From the human T2T-CHM13v2.0 reference genome, Homo sapiens: a DNA stretch of 64,000 nt. Within the stretch, counting starts at the first letter, position 1, and each line of letters opens with the position of its first letter. The DNA lies in NCBI RefSeq assembly GCF_009914755.1, contig NC_060935.1; one strand, written 5' to 3'. Positions 1 through 13,508 of the stretch are shown piece after piece. The position numbers and the translations under genes were made by a program. Under the pieces are notes generated by a model. It saw only the letters and a program-made list of their open reading frames with translations, was not told the DNA's origin and ran no database searches.

Positions 1-149
1 ATTGAATCTCACTGAAACAGGCTACCTGATTAGTGGAGATAGAATAGAGACTTTTAAACATCACCTAAACGTACTCTGAAGAAGCCATTAAATTTAAAAA
101 ATGAAAACTGTAATTACAAAAGTCAAATTGACTTATTTTATTTTCCAAC

Positions 150-300
150 AATAGTTGCAATAGCATATGAATCTGACACTGTTCTGAGCATTTTATTTGT
201 ATTATTATATTTGATTTCCATAACAAAGCCATAGTTAATATTTATGTCATTTTTCAAATTGAGCAAAAATTTGCACAAACATAAATAGGTTATTATAGTC
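150..300 (-). mobile_element. MIR fragment (degenerate)
   Basis: Diverged MIR-like run 'cactgttctgagcattttatttgtattatt...tttttcaaattgagcaaa'. Confidence 0.4.
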
Positions 301-1339
301 ATTGAATACATTTAAAATTACATTATCATTTTATGTCAAATGTTTTCCACTATCATTATCTTTAGTTTTCATCATAATTGTATACATTTAAGGACAAGGA
401 AATAATAACTCCCATTGATGTGCCATTTCAATATTGTTGGACACTTAAGTTATCTCCAGTCATTTTCTCTTCTTTTAACTAATAGATGATGCATCAATGA
501 CTATCTTAGGGAAACCAAACATTTTTGTGTTTGGTTTTATGATAGACTTAGAAACACAGCACCCCAAAAATGGCATGTGATTATAAGGCACAATACATAA
601 ATGCCTTTAAAATTATTGCTATATACTATTTAGTTGATGTTTAAAAGTTTAAACCAATTTACAAGTTCTTAAATGATCTCAGTGCTTTTGTTTTGCTACA
701 TCTTCTAGAAATTGGCATTATAATTGTAATATTATCTCGTGTTCACATTATAAACAGGGTGCCTCAAGGTTTATTAAATATGTAATCCCTGGATTACTCG
801 AACACAAGAATATTGTTTTTCCATTTGTGTTTAGGATCTCTTTTTCTATGTTAATTGACCTCTTTTATTTAACTTTTTAAAAGTCATCACCCTATATAGA
901 AAAGTACATTAGGCAGTCTCTTTGTATTTGTCCTTTACTTTCAAGAGTGAAAAAAAAAAAAAACAGTTTTGTTTGGCCTTTCCATTGTCAAAGATGTTAT
1001 CTCCACTAAGATGTAATAACATGACATTTGACAGATAACTTGGACAGTTGGAGGGTAAAACTTGAGCATGTTTAGAGTTTTCCTAAAATCTGGTGTTCTT
1101 CCTCTTAACTTTCCTTATTGACTAGACTTAAAATGGCAAAAAGGAAAAATAAAAACGAAAAAGAAAAGCACTTTTTGAAAGCATCTGAAACAAAGCCATG
1201 TAAGTAAACAAATGGCATTTCCCTTGAAATGAAATTTTTAAAAGAAAGACTATAATTTCTCTGAAGTCTATAATGCAAATAGTATAGATATCAGCTTTAA
1301 AGTATAATTGGTTACAATGTTTACATGAAAACATAAATT

Positions 1340-1650
1340 GATTGGGCACAGTGGCTCATGCCTAGAATGCCAGCATTTTGGGAGGCTAAAGTGGGCAGAT
1401 TGCTTGAGCCTAGCAGTTTGACCCCTGCCTGGGCAATAGGACAAAACTCTATCTACACAAAAATAGACAGGTGTGGTGTTGCATGCCTGTAGTCCCAGTT
1501 ACTCAGAAGACTGAGGTGGGAGAATTGCTGGAGCCCCCAGGAGGTCAGGCTGCACTGAGCCGTGAGCACACCACCACACTCCAGCCAGGGTTGACAGAGT
1601 GAGACCCTGTCTCAAAAAAAAAAAAAAAAGAAAAAAGAAAAAAGAAAATG
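1340..1650 (+). mobile_element. AluJ element
   Basis: Dimeric Alu from 'gggcacagtggctcatgcct' to 'gagaccctgtctc' plus A-rich tail; J-type 'ttgcttgagcc'; highly diverged. Confidence 0.92.
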
Positions 1651-2487
1651 TAAATAAAGACACAAGCAAAACCAAAAGAGAATAAACATGAGAAAGAAAG
1701 AGATGATAGTGTGAGCATGATGAAAAAAAGATCCCTAGTTGTCAGGGAAATAATAAACCATTTATTTAAATTTTCCAAATTTATTCCACAGTAGTTACGG
1801 CTAAAGTGATCGGGCACTGTAAAGGAATTGATAAATAAAACATCTAAGCATGGAGCCTTGCTTGAATTAGATTAGTCTACAGTAAATATTACTGTGCTGT
1901 TATTAAATATCCCCCTTTCTCTTGCTTATAATGTAAGGAACATGGTAAGAGCTGAAAGAATGTGCTGAAAGAGTGGGAATCTTCTCTACAGCTTGTGTTT
2001 CTCAATCTTGTTAAGATCACTGTCCCTGCAAAATCCAATTCTTTCACTGTTACAGGCCCATGATGTGTAGGACACTTTTTGCCATCAAGATATTTCTTAT
2101 ATCCCTACGTCTGTCAAATCAATACCTTTTTTGGAAGTGATTTACAATTGAAAAATATAATTATGACTATTAGTAAATAAATTTCCTGAAATTTTTGCTT
2201 TGGTAATCTTTTGAAGGCAAAAGAGAAAGAAATAAAATAGGGACTCAATTATCCACATTTATATCCAAGCTTTCAGGGTGGCAATATCAGACAGAATGAA
2301 CCAAGCTAAAATCCCAACTCCCAATATCACCATTCTTAATTCTTTAGCTCTGAAAACTACCTTGATTTTTCTGAGCTTTACACTTTTTTCACATAAACAA
2401 TGGATAAATACTGCATTGAATCTTTGGAAAAAGTTCAAATCAGTCCCCTTGTAGAAATCTTCTAAAGACTTTAGCCTCTGAGATTAA

Positions 2488-2831
<344 letters not shown>

Positions 2832-3014
2832 TTCATGTGTTATTTATAAAGGTGCTAGTGGTAGTAGTGGTAGTATGGTGGTACTGATGGTGGTAAGTCT
2901 GGTGTGTTTTCTGAGGGCAGTTCATTCCTGTGGCTGAGAACATGAATGGCATCGAAAAATCCTTGACTATAGTGTGACACTTACTATATCTTGGGAAATG
3001 AATGAATCATAGAT

Positions 3015-3130
3015 ATTTGTCCTCCCTCTTAACAGATAAAGAAACCAAGGCCCAGGGAGAGGCAGAGGCTTACCAAGGTTACAAATGAGACAATTTTTTA
3101 GTAAGACCTAAAGTCCAGCTCTCCTGATAC
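3015..3130 (-). mobile_element. MIR core fragment
   Basis: 'aacagataaagaaaccaaggcccagggagaggcagaggcttaccaaggttaca' resembles the MIR core. Confidence 0.65.
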
Positions 3131-3972
3131 CTTAGAAGTGCATGTATACCCTTAAACATTTTTCTTTTCTATGGGTACATGCAGTACTTTGGATGATCCA
3201 TATACTAATATAACAAATACCTTATTTCACTTCATTAATCTTGGATAAAAAATAAATGAACTTTTATCCACTTTGTGGAAGTCCATCTGTATTTGGCTGG
3301 CTCCTTAATGCTTTTAATGCTGGTGTAAAAATTAACACCAGCAATATGCCAATTAGCTAAAGTTAAATACAGGTAGACATAATGCAAGAACAAAGATCAA
3401 AGCAGAATTTTTTCAGTGATTAATCTATGAAGCTTAGGCAGAAGAAATGTATATTTGTAATTCATGTTCTTCTGCTAAATTTTAAAGACATTCCTTCTAT
3501 TTCATATTTTTTCTCTTATCCTTATTTTAAAGCATAAAAATATCAAAATTCCCCTGCACAATACATGCCAGTCCAGGAAATGCTAACATCTAACATCTCT
3601 GTAAATAAAACCCCAACACACTCACATATATTTTTACTTCTCATTAATAATTTTTCTTGAACATTGCTTCTTTAAACAAGACTAAGTAAAAATCTACACA
3701 TCATTCTTTTTATAGGTTAATATCACTTTAGAAGTATATTTTTGAGATCAAAGGAGATGTTTTCCATCAAACAGTTCAGAATTGTACCTGGAGATCACCA
3801 GTTGTTACACTGTGATGAAGCATACTTTTTGCTGTGATTTAATTACATGACAGAACAGATTTGAAATCAGAAAAAAAATGAAAAAAGACCTATTGCTATA
3901 ACAATGAGATTCTTGTATGTTTAAAATGGTTTCTCTTTAGACTGTAGTTCATATTCATTTTAGAAAATATAG

Positions 3973-4334
<362 letters not shown>

Positions 4335-4629
4335 TGGAAAACATTATTTTTATATTAATATCTATTATTTTCTGAAGACAGAGATAATTATGTTTCTGTG
4401 TGAATTTTGTGTGTGTTCACGTGCATGTGTATGGAGATGTATACATATGTGTATGTATACATGTAAAGATATGTATATGCACACATTTTTACGTAACTAT
4501 ATATAACATATACAAATAAACATGCCTAATTATATTTGTATCTATATAAGTGTTGTTTATATATACAATTACTGATATATTTATGACCATTTGTCCATTT
4601 CTTTAAATCCTCTTTGAAAACATGCTTAA

Positions 4630-4835
4630 AAATATTATATTTAGGGGGCAACAAGTGCAGTTTGTTACGTAGATGTATTGTTAGTGGTAAATTCTGGGCT
4701 TTTAGTGTATCCATGACCTGAATAGTGTACAGTGCACACAATAGATAATTTCTCATCCCTCACTCCTCTCCTAGCTCCCACTTTTTGGAGTCTCCAATAT
4801 CTGTTATACCACTCTGTTATATCCATGTGTACACA
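4630..4835 (-). mobile_element. L1 3' end fragment (L1PB/L1MA-like)
   Basis: Matches reverse L1 3'UTR: 'acaagtgcagtttgttac...ggagtctccaatatctgttataccactc'. Confidence 0.8.
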
Positions 4836-5229
4836 CTGAAAACACATTTTTTATAGCTGTGGAATATTCTATTGTTGGATATATCTTATTTTTAATCATT
4901 CCTCATTAAAGGATATTTTATCTTTTCTAGTGTTTCACTATTTAAATAACATTTGGAGTAATAATTCTGCAATAATTTTAAATAATCTCATTTGGCTCCC
5001 TTAGCATGGATTTCTGTAAGTAGACTCATACCTTTTTCTTAGTAATTATTTTAAGGCTCTTGATACAAATTGCCAAAACACCCCATTAGGTACTCCATTT
5101 GTCCTTAATGTCTTTGTGTACTAGGTAGAAAGGAGGTCCTGCACTTTTCCTATAATTATGTGATGGGGTTGGGGAGAAAGTTAAATAACCAAATAGATAC
5201 ATTTCAAAAGCCACGGAATAGCCTTCCTA

Positions 5230-5625
5230 TTGCATGTCTGACCATGTCTTCTATATTTTAGGGCTTTGCCATCAGCTCTTCCATCTTCATGAATCAGTCT
5301 TTACATGAATATTTGCATAATTTTGTAGTACGAGTCCTTGAGTTGTTTTCTTAAATGTAATCTTTTCAAAAATACTTTTCCTAACTATAATATTTAAGGT
5401 CTAAATTCATTATTTTCCCTTATATGTTCTACCCTAATTTTTTCTTTAACACTAGGACCCTCTAATATATTATGCAATTTAAATATTTATTATGATTTCT
5501 TTGTTGCTAGATATAACTTTCTAATTTATGTCATTTTGTTCAATAAAATATCTCAGTCTAAAATATCTCTTACATGTCAGGCACATAATAGTTGTTCAAT
5601 ATGATGGTACTGAATGAATAAATAT
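5230..5625 (+). mobile_element. L2 3' fragment
   Basis: Ends in L2-type tail 'gcacataatagttgttcaata...tgaatgaataaa'. Confidence 0.5.
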
Positions 5626-5664
5626 TTAATGTGTGATTAAAGAAATAGGCTTTCTTTGGGCCAC

Positions 5665-5955
5665 TGTATTAGTCAGTTCTCACATTTCTATAAAGAACTA
5701 CCTGAGACTAATTTATAAAGAAAAGAGGTTTAATTTACCCACAGTTTATACAGGAAGCATGGCTGGGGATGCCTCAGGAAACTTATAATCATGGTGGAAG
5801 GTGAAGAGGAAGCAGGCATGTCTTGTGTGGCCAGAATAGGAGAGAGAGAGAGAAGGAGGAGGTGCTACACACTTTTAAACAACCAGATCTTGTGAGAACT
5901 CACTCACTATCAGGAGAACAGCAAAGGGGAAGTCCGCCCCCATGATCCAATCATG
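5665..5955 (-). mobile_element. MaLR LTR, MSTA-like, 5'-truncated
   Basis: Starts 'tgtattagtc' (reverse of LTR 3' end); contains 'gcctcaggaaactta..aatcatgg' and 'ttttaaacaaccagatct'. Confidence 0.88.
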
Positions 5956-6178
5956 GAGCAAGGAATGCAAGAGATACAGCTCTAGATGGAAAAGGATAAA
6001 AAAGCAGATTTTCACCTAGTGCCTTAAAGAAAGTAGAACCCTGTTGACACCTTAGTTTTAGCCCAGCAAGATGCACTTTGGACTTCTGCCCTCACATACT
6101 GTAGAAAAATAAAAATGTGTTGTTTTAAGCCACTAAGTTTGTGGTAATTTGTTACATCAGCAACAGGAAACTAATACA
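5956..6178 (+). mobile_element. MaLR LTR, MLT1C/D-like, 3' half
   Basis: Canonical MLT1 end 'tgttttaagccactaagtttgtggtaatttgttac...ggaaactaataca'. Confidence 0.88.
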
Positions 6179-6364
6179 TTTTCTGTTCCTATATTCTGAT
6201 CATATAACAAATAAATGTAAGAATCTAATCATTGCTGTAAAGGAACTTACAAAGTATTTGAAGAGTTTATACATGAATATATGTATAACAGGACTAGAGA
6301 GGCCAAAAAATTGGTAGAGATGATAAGTGATATACACATAACTTGAAGATGATGATAGCTGTCG

Positions 6365-6560
6365 ACAGCCAATATTTATTTAGCATGGACGTGCATTGCC
6401 TTGTGTAATTTTACATAAAACGTTCATAACGAATTTTCAGAAAGACTCCAAATACCCTTACTCTTCAGGTGAAGGAAGTGAGCTAAGACAGATTATGTAA
6501 CTTCGCAGGTCATATAGCTGGTAATAGAAGTTGAGATTTCAGTCTACATGTATGTTTCCA
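6365..6560 (-). mobile_element. MIR
   Basis: 'aatatttatttagca...caggtgaaggaagtgagct...aggtcatatagctggtaa'. Confidence 0.6.
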
Positions 6561-7462
6561 GAGACAAAGCTATAAAATCTCATAACTTCTGCTAGGATCC
6601 AGAATGATTAAAAATAGCTTCCTGACTGGGGTAGAAACTCAGTAGGTCTTAACATTTATTGTGATTTCTCTTTGACGAAGAAGGAGGAAAATAACAAGTC
6701 TGGACAGTGATATGGAAGCAGATTTTTCATCTCTTTATTTTAGCAGTAACCAGAGTATCTTCTTTTGGCTTGTATCCTCAAGCTTTAGCAAAGGAAGTGA
6801 ATTTGAGGTTTACGTATAAATATCATCTTATTTCATGCTGCTAACCATGATTTGGAGTGAGAACAAAATGAATTTGAAAGGTATTAGGCTCTGAGATGAT
6901 CTTGACCATACCATCTGGATAATACTAAGGAGACTTGAGTCTGGAAGGAAATTTCTTTCTCTAATCTTCATAGTATGAAAGTAAAGAGAAAAATGATTTT
7001 ATTCTCTCCAAACTCATGAAGCCTCATTTCAGAGCCTAGAGGATTCATTATCCTGTAATGCCATCTGAATTGTCACATCTTGCGCATAATAGTTCCCAAG
7101 GCAGATAGAAATAGTGGTGAAGACACCCATAAAACAATTAGGGTTAATAATAAACACACATTTTTCATAAGATAATATTGCAGTAATTAGCAAAAGATGG
7201 GCTATAATAGAGTTCATAAAAGAAAATAAATGATAAAGTATCGAAAGCCAAAACTTGGCCCAATGGTTTAGTGATTTGTTTTCATTTTTAACAAAAAGAA
7301 GAGATTTCTCCAGATGGAACACTCGGAAGAATTAGCAACCAACACCTCCTAACTCTGGCCTGTTCAGTAGTGGAAGATGAATTACTTCCTCCAGGGGAAA
7401 AAATGAATCAGGCTATTTGGCATTAGCAAGACTGTGAATCAAAATTTTAAAAATCAGAAACT

Positions 7463-7790
7463 GGCCAGACATGGTGGCTCATGGCTGTAATACCAGCTAC
7501 TCGAGAGACTGAGGTGGAAGGATTGCTTCAGGCCAGGATTTCGAAACCAGTCTGGGTAATATAGCAACACTCCCCATCTCTAAAAAAGAAAAATGAAAAT
7601 AAATGAGAAAAAAAAGTTTGGCATGGAGGAGCATGCCTGTAGTCCCAGCTACTTGGGATGCTGAGGCAGGAAGATCACTTGAGCACAAGAGTTCCAGAGT
7701 GCAATGAGCTATGATCATGCCACTGTATGCCAGCCTGGGCAACAAAGAAAGACTCTGTCTCTTAAAAGCAAAACAAAACAAACAAAAAAT
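7463..7790 (+). mobile_element. AluJ element
   Basis: Dimeric Alu with expanded middle A-linker, J-type 'gagctatgatcatgccactg' and (CAAAA)n-like tail. Confidence 0.92.
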
Positions 7791-9070
7791 GAAAATAAAA
7801 CTTTGCGAGGGGAAAAAGCACTTACATTATCATGTTATTATCTGTCTCTGTATTTATTTGGCAACACAAGTAAGAGGCCAGTTGAGACTAATATTAATCA
7901 AAGAATAAGGGGAAAATTGTGTATCTTGTGCAATGGTTAACTGAGAACCTAGTCCCATGTCTCCCACCACAGATAAACATACATTTATAAACACTGAAAA
8001 AACTTTCTGGAATTATTGAGGGCAGAACAATTTTAATAGTATTTATAGTGTAGCCCAACACATTTTCATATGTTTATTTTATGTATATCTATTAAGCATG
8101 CATTGGAAAAAAATATTCTCTGAAAATAAGGTGAATCCATATGTAAGAAATAGTTGTGATTTTCTCAGGCACAGATGTCTCAGATTCCAGCAAAGAGGAA
8201 AATGTTGTTAGAAGAGTTGCAAGTTTCACCAACCTAGCCAACTCTTCGGTTTTGCTATTAAAACTTAGAAATCATCTGCAGCTGTTATGCTATTGAGTGA
8301 TAGCGCTGTGTTCTTGGCTTTTATGCTACAGAATCGTTTTCCTGCTATTCAGCTAAAACACCCATGACCTTTGTTTCAGTCAATAGTGATTAATTCCCCT
8401 GAATTTACCACCCAGCCTAGCAACACATTTGGTTGTCTGCCCAAAAATGAGAAGATAGAAGCACTTTTCTTCCATCAGGTTTGAGTGATCCTAAACATTT
8501 TAGAATCTTTTAGGAAACTCATAAGTGATATTACTTTGCAAAGCCCACATATCAATGTGCAGATCTGTTTAAGAGAGGTGTGGACATTTTCTAGACATTG
8601 AAGATACCATGATTAGAAAGACTTCAAAATCCTAAATTGACAAACTTTAAGCAGATGGTATTTCTGTATTTCAGGTATTAAATAAGTGATTCCACAAATA
8701 ATGATGTAAATGAAATTTGAGTAAATTATTTGGGCCAAAACATGGTCACCATCTTATGATGTTTTCTTTGAAAAGGTCCATAGGATGGCAGTTGTGGAGG
8801 CCCCCACTAATGCTATTTTGAAAAATGGAAATAAAGTTATTACTCCTTTCTACCTTGTTTACGTGACCTTTCATGTCCTGAACTGTAAAGTGGAAACAGT
8901 ATGAGATTTCTTGCTTTGTCCCCAAAATTCAGATAATACTTAAGAAGAGAAATTACGTTGCATATTTTTTACTTCTCCCAATGTGCCTAGCATAGGTCTG
9001 GCCACTTTGTAGGCATCATGGAAAGCTTATCGTTTAAGAATTTCTTCACAAACTTATATTAACTGTGATT

Positions 9071-9072
9071 AC

Positions 9073-9104
<32 letters not shown>

Positions 9105-9200
9105 ATATATATACACACACATAGACACACACGTATATATTATCCATATATAAATATAAATACCTTATAAATTATTTTATATATTTATAAATTATCCATC
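9071..9200. repeat. Compound (TA)n/(TG)n/(CA)n microsatellite and AT-rich low complexity
   Basis: Directly visible. Confidence 0.9.
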
Positions 9201-9689
9201 ACAATTATCTCTATTAAACATTTACTGAATAGTTATATACACATGGGAACTTCAATACATATTAATGGCATAATGGTTTTCTAGGAATTAAAAATGCTGT
9301 AGACATCAGCCAGGTCAGATAGTTATCAACACGGATGATTGTCTAATTGACTTGGTGTGGTGCCTAGAGGACTGGACTTAGGAGGATACTAAGCCACATT
9401 CACAACTGGAGAGAAGATATATTGGGAGATATCAGTGATATTTAACTTGGATATTAGACTGAGGCTTGTGACTGGTTTATCAATTACTTGACATCTAATG
9501 CCTTTAAAGTTATTGAGCAATAATTTTCTCTGATAGATTTTATCTAATTAAATATACCTTTCATTCTTAAAATTTTCTTTTAATGTACTTTTGGTATATG
9601 TATTATAGCATATAGCAATAGCTTGAAAACAAAGTAATTAAAATTACTGTTGGAATTGACTGCCTAAGAAAACATAAAACAGATAATTA

Positions 9690-10250
9690 TGAAAGATCAA
9701 TAGATTAGACCATATAAAAATAAAAAGGTTAAACTTCTGCACAAGTAAGAATTATGTAGAATTTCACAACTTAAAAAGAGTAGACAAGAAAAATACTTTA
9801 AATATAACTTATAAAAAGATAATATTAAAAATATATAAAGAACTCTCAAAATGAATAAAAATTAATTTTCCAAGAGCAAAAAGTACAAATGATATGATCT
9901 GATAATGTAATATTATTTCTCATAATTATATTAGAAAGAGAAATAAAACATCCAGTGTTACTTAGAGTGTAGTGGATAAGGCCCTTTAAATTATGGATCA
10001 GTAAATGTCTATGAGACCTTCCTGGAGGATAATTAAGTTAAATTCAATTTAAGTTAAAATCAAAATAAAAACTGCACATACCACCTTACCTAATAGTTGA
10101 ACTTCTGGCCATCTTTTCTGAAGATATATTTCTAGTTACAGAAATTTATGTAAACAGGAATATTCTTTGCAGCTTCATTTTACTTTAGCAAAATTAAAAA
10201 TACAGTGAAAGTCCATCAGTAGATTACAAATTAAATCAATTTAAGGCCTA
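9690..10250 (+). mobile_element. Ancient L1 (L1ME-like) fragments
   Basis: 'aaacttctgcac', 'atatataaagaactctcaaa' and other degenerate ORF2-end/3'UTR motifs. Confidence 0.5.
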
Positions 10251-10889
10251 CATTGTAGTTATAACTTTGTGACCTTCAGTTTCTTTATCTGTAAAATGGA
10301 AATAATATATTTCCTGTTCAAAGACTCATCTGCCACTACCAAATTAACTACTTCCCACATTCTGGTCATAATAACTGATGATAACCTTTATTAAGGTCTT
10401 ACGACATGCTTTGATGGCTTCTTATGAGTGGCAAAAGCTCCAGATCTACACTCTCAACTATCATTTTTCATTACCCCAAACGCTGTTTCCAGCTCCTCAA
10501 TCAAAGCATATCTTCTTACATCTCCATATTTTTATTCTTTGCACTAGTTTTGCCTATAAATATTCTTCCTCTATCCTTTCCTGGTTGCAAAAAAAATTTC
10601 CCAGTTCTCCATTATTTGTCACTCTTTAGTAACCTTGTACTCTGTGTTAACAGCACTTTTTATAGCAAATCTCAAATGCTTTTCTTTTTCTTTCCTAAAT
10701 TCCCAGAAGAATTTAAGCGAATAAAAATTCATAAAAGTTAAGACTTTTAGCAAGAATTCATGGTTGACATGTGGCAGAACTGGGATTATAGCCCAAATTT
10801 TTATAACTCCAAAAATCTTGTTCTTTCCACTACAGAGGTTGGGGGATAAGACAGAACATAAAAAGTTCAATAAATAATACAACTTTCAG

Positions 10890-11590
10890 AGATAATAAAT
10901 GCTCAGAAACAAATAAGCAGACAAATGATCCTGCTGATGAAGAAACTGCTCATAGTTTAGGCAGTTTGGTTAGGGAAGGCCACTCTGTTGAGGTGTTACT
11001 TGAACCTCACATGTGAGAAATGAAGGAGCGAGTCATAAAGGGCTAAAGGCAGGTGTCTCAGACTGAGGATTTTGGGATAAATGAGTATGTCTTGTTTCAA
11101 AAATTGTAAGACTGATTTCAGGCTAGTAAGGCTAGACCAAAATGAGCAAAGAGAAAAGTTGCATGATTTCAGATTAGAGAAAGATGCAGTTACTGATTCA
11201 CAACTGATCTTGATGGGACTTTGGACTATTTCAATCTGAAAGAAAGACAATCTGATTTTTTTCCCTTAATATACTACTCTTACTCTAGTGTGAAGAATAC
11301 CCTGAGTGGGCAAGAATAATACCAAGGACATTAATTAGAAACTAAGTTTATTAGTCTAAGTGGTGGTTGATGTGGCCTTGGATGAGATTGGTAATGGTGG
11401 ACATAAGAGATCGGAATAAGAAATATTTTCACAGCGGAAATAACCTGACTTGTTGATGACTTAGACAGAGAATGCTCAACAATTCAGGTAAGGTGTTGAC
11501 ATTAAGATATGAAAGATAAGTTATTGATTGTTTTTGTTGGATGGTGGCAGAAATGATAAATTTTGCTTCGAAAATGTTAAATCACATAGT
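10890..11590 (-). mobile_element. L2 fragment
   Basis: 'ggttagggaaggccactctgttgaggtg..acttgaac' and 'gatgtggccttggatgag' are typical reverse-strand L2 motifs. Confidence 0.65.
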
Positions 11591-12495
11591 AAAATAGCTT
11601 ATGCGATACTATTATCTCTGCTTCTATTATTTATTTGTCAATAACAATCTGCTGAGACACAAATATTTAATTAATGATATTGTATTTTTCCTTTTGTATA
11701 TCTTCAGAAAGTTGAATTTTACATATAATCATCTGGGCATGTTGCTGTCTGATCTAAAAGAAGGCCTCAGGGACTCTGAGGTTTGAAGTTCTTTCCTCAG
11801 AATGTTACGCGTCTTCGTGTCCCACTCCTATTATTTATTGTTTATAAATAATAAGTTCCCAATCATTTATTTATTAATCACAATGCACTGGGACACAAAT
11901 ATTAAAAGCCAAAATTATTATGTGGTTGTATAGATTTCTTGAATATAAGAAATATGGGTAATATTCCAATTTTAGATAGTAACAAGTTATAGATATTATC
12001 ACAGAATAGCATCAACTGTAATGTGGAAATGTGGAAAGCAAAGAAAGATGATTCACAACATAGATTTCAACTTTATCTGGATTTAGGAACATAGATGGAA
12101 ATGAATTGAACATAGTATAAAATCTATAATCAAGTGAGGAATTCATCCGAGAGACTCAACTAAGTACTGTAGGTAGAAGGTAACTACAAGGTGAGGACTA
12201 CATAGGCCAGATAAATTTAGCATAAGCAAAGGTAGAAGATTTTTGGTCAAGAGAAGATGAGATACAGAGATTATTAGCAAAGGCTAGTAGAGGTGATGGA
12301 TATTACAATTGCTTGAAATGTTTTAAATTTCAGTAGTACTTCATTCTTTCAATTTGTATTCCTATAGGAAAGAGCATATGAATGAAGACAGTTTAACATA
12401 ATAAAGGAATTTCATAAAAAGATGTGGGCAGACTTAAACAGCAAGTAATGATAAAATGCCCAGACCTGTCAGTATCAGGAAGTCACCATCATATT

Positions 12496-13508
12496 TGTAG
12501 GGAAAAGAAAGAGAGATCAGACTGTCACTGTGTCTATGTAGAAAGAGAAGACATAAGAGACTCCATTTTGAAAAAGACCTGTACTTTAAACTATTGCTTT
12601 GCTGAGATGTTGTTAATTTGTAGCTTTGCCCCAGCCACTTTGACCCAACCTGGAGCTCACAAAAACATGTGTTGTATAAAATCAAGGTTTAAGGGATCTA
12701 GGGCTGTGCAGGACGTGCCTTGTTAACAAAATGTTTACAAGCAGTATACTTGGTAAAAGTCATGGCCATTCTCTAGTCTCAATAAACCAGCGGCACGATG
12801 CACTGTGGAGAGCCGCAGGGACCTCTGCCCTTGAAAGCGGGGTATTGTCCAAGGTTTCTCCCCATGTGATAGTCTGAAATATGGCCTCGTGGGATGAGAA
12901 AGACCTGACTGTCCCCCAGCCCGACACCCGTAAAGGGTCTGTGCTGAGGTGGATTAGTAAAAGAGGAAAGCCTCTTGCAGTTGAGATGGAGGAAGGCCAT
13001 TGTCTCCTGCTTGCCCCTGGGAACTGAATGTCTCGGTGTAAAACCCGATTGTACATTTGTTCAACTCTGAGATAGGAGAAAAGCTGCCCTGTGGCGGGAG
13101 GCGAGACATGTTTGCAGTAATGCTGCCTTGTTATTCTTTATTCCACTGAGATGTTTGGGTGGAGAGAAACATAAATCTGGCCTACGTGCACATCCAGGCA
13201 TGGTACCTTCCCTTGAACTTAATTATGATATAGATTCTTTTGCTCATATGTTTTTTGTTGACCTCCTTATTATCACCCTGCTCTCCTACTACATTCCTTT
13301 TTGCTGAAATAATGAGAATAATAATCAATAAAAACTGAGGGAACTCAGAGGCCGGTGCTGGTGCAGGTCCTTGGTGTGCTGAGTGCCGGTCCCCTGGACC
13401 CACTGTTGTTTCTCTATACTTTGTCTCTGTGTCTTATTTCTTTTCTCAGTCTTTCACCCCACCCAACTAGAAATACTCACAGGTGTGGAGGGGCAGGCCA
13501 CCCCTTCA
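12496..13508 (+). mobile_element. Solo LTR of HERV-K(HML-2), LTR5A
   Basis: TG...CA termini ('tgtagggaaaagaaagagagatcagactg' to 'ggggcaggccaccccttca'), 1013 bp, AATAAA at 13327-13332, TSD atatt at 12491-12495 and 13509-13513; no PBS or internal sequence. Confidence 0.95.

Noticed and set aside
12424-13403. Several 73-100 aa ORFs
   Set aside because: They fall within or overlap the LTR5A solo LTR; no gag/pol/env similarity.
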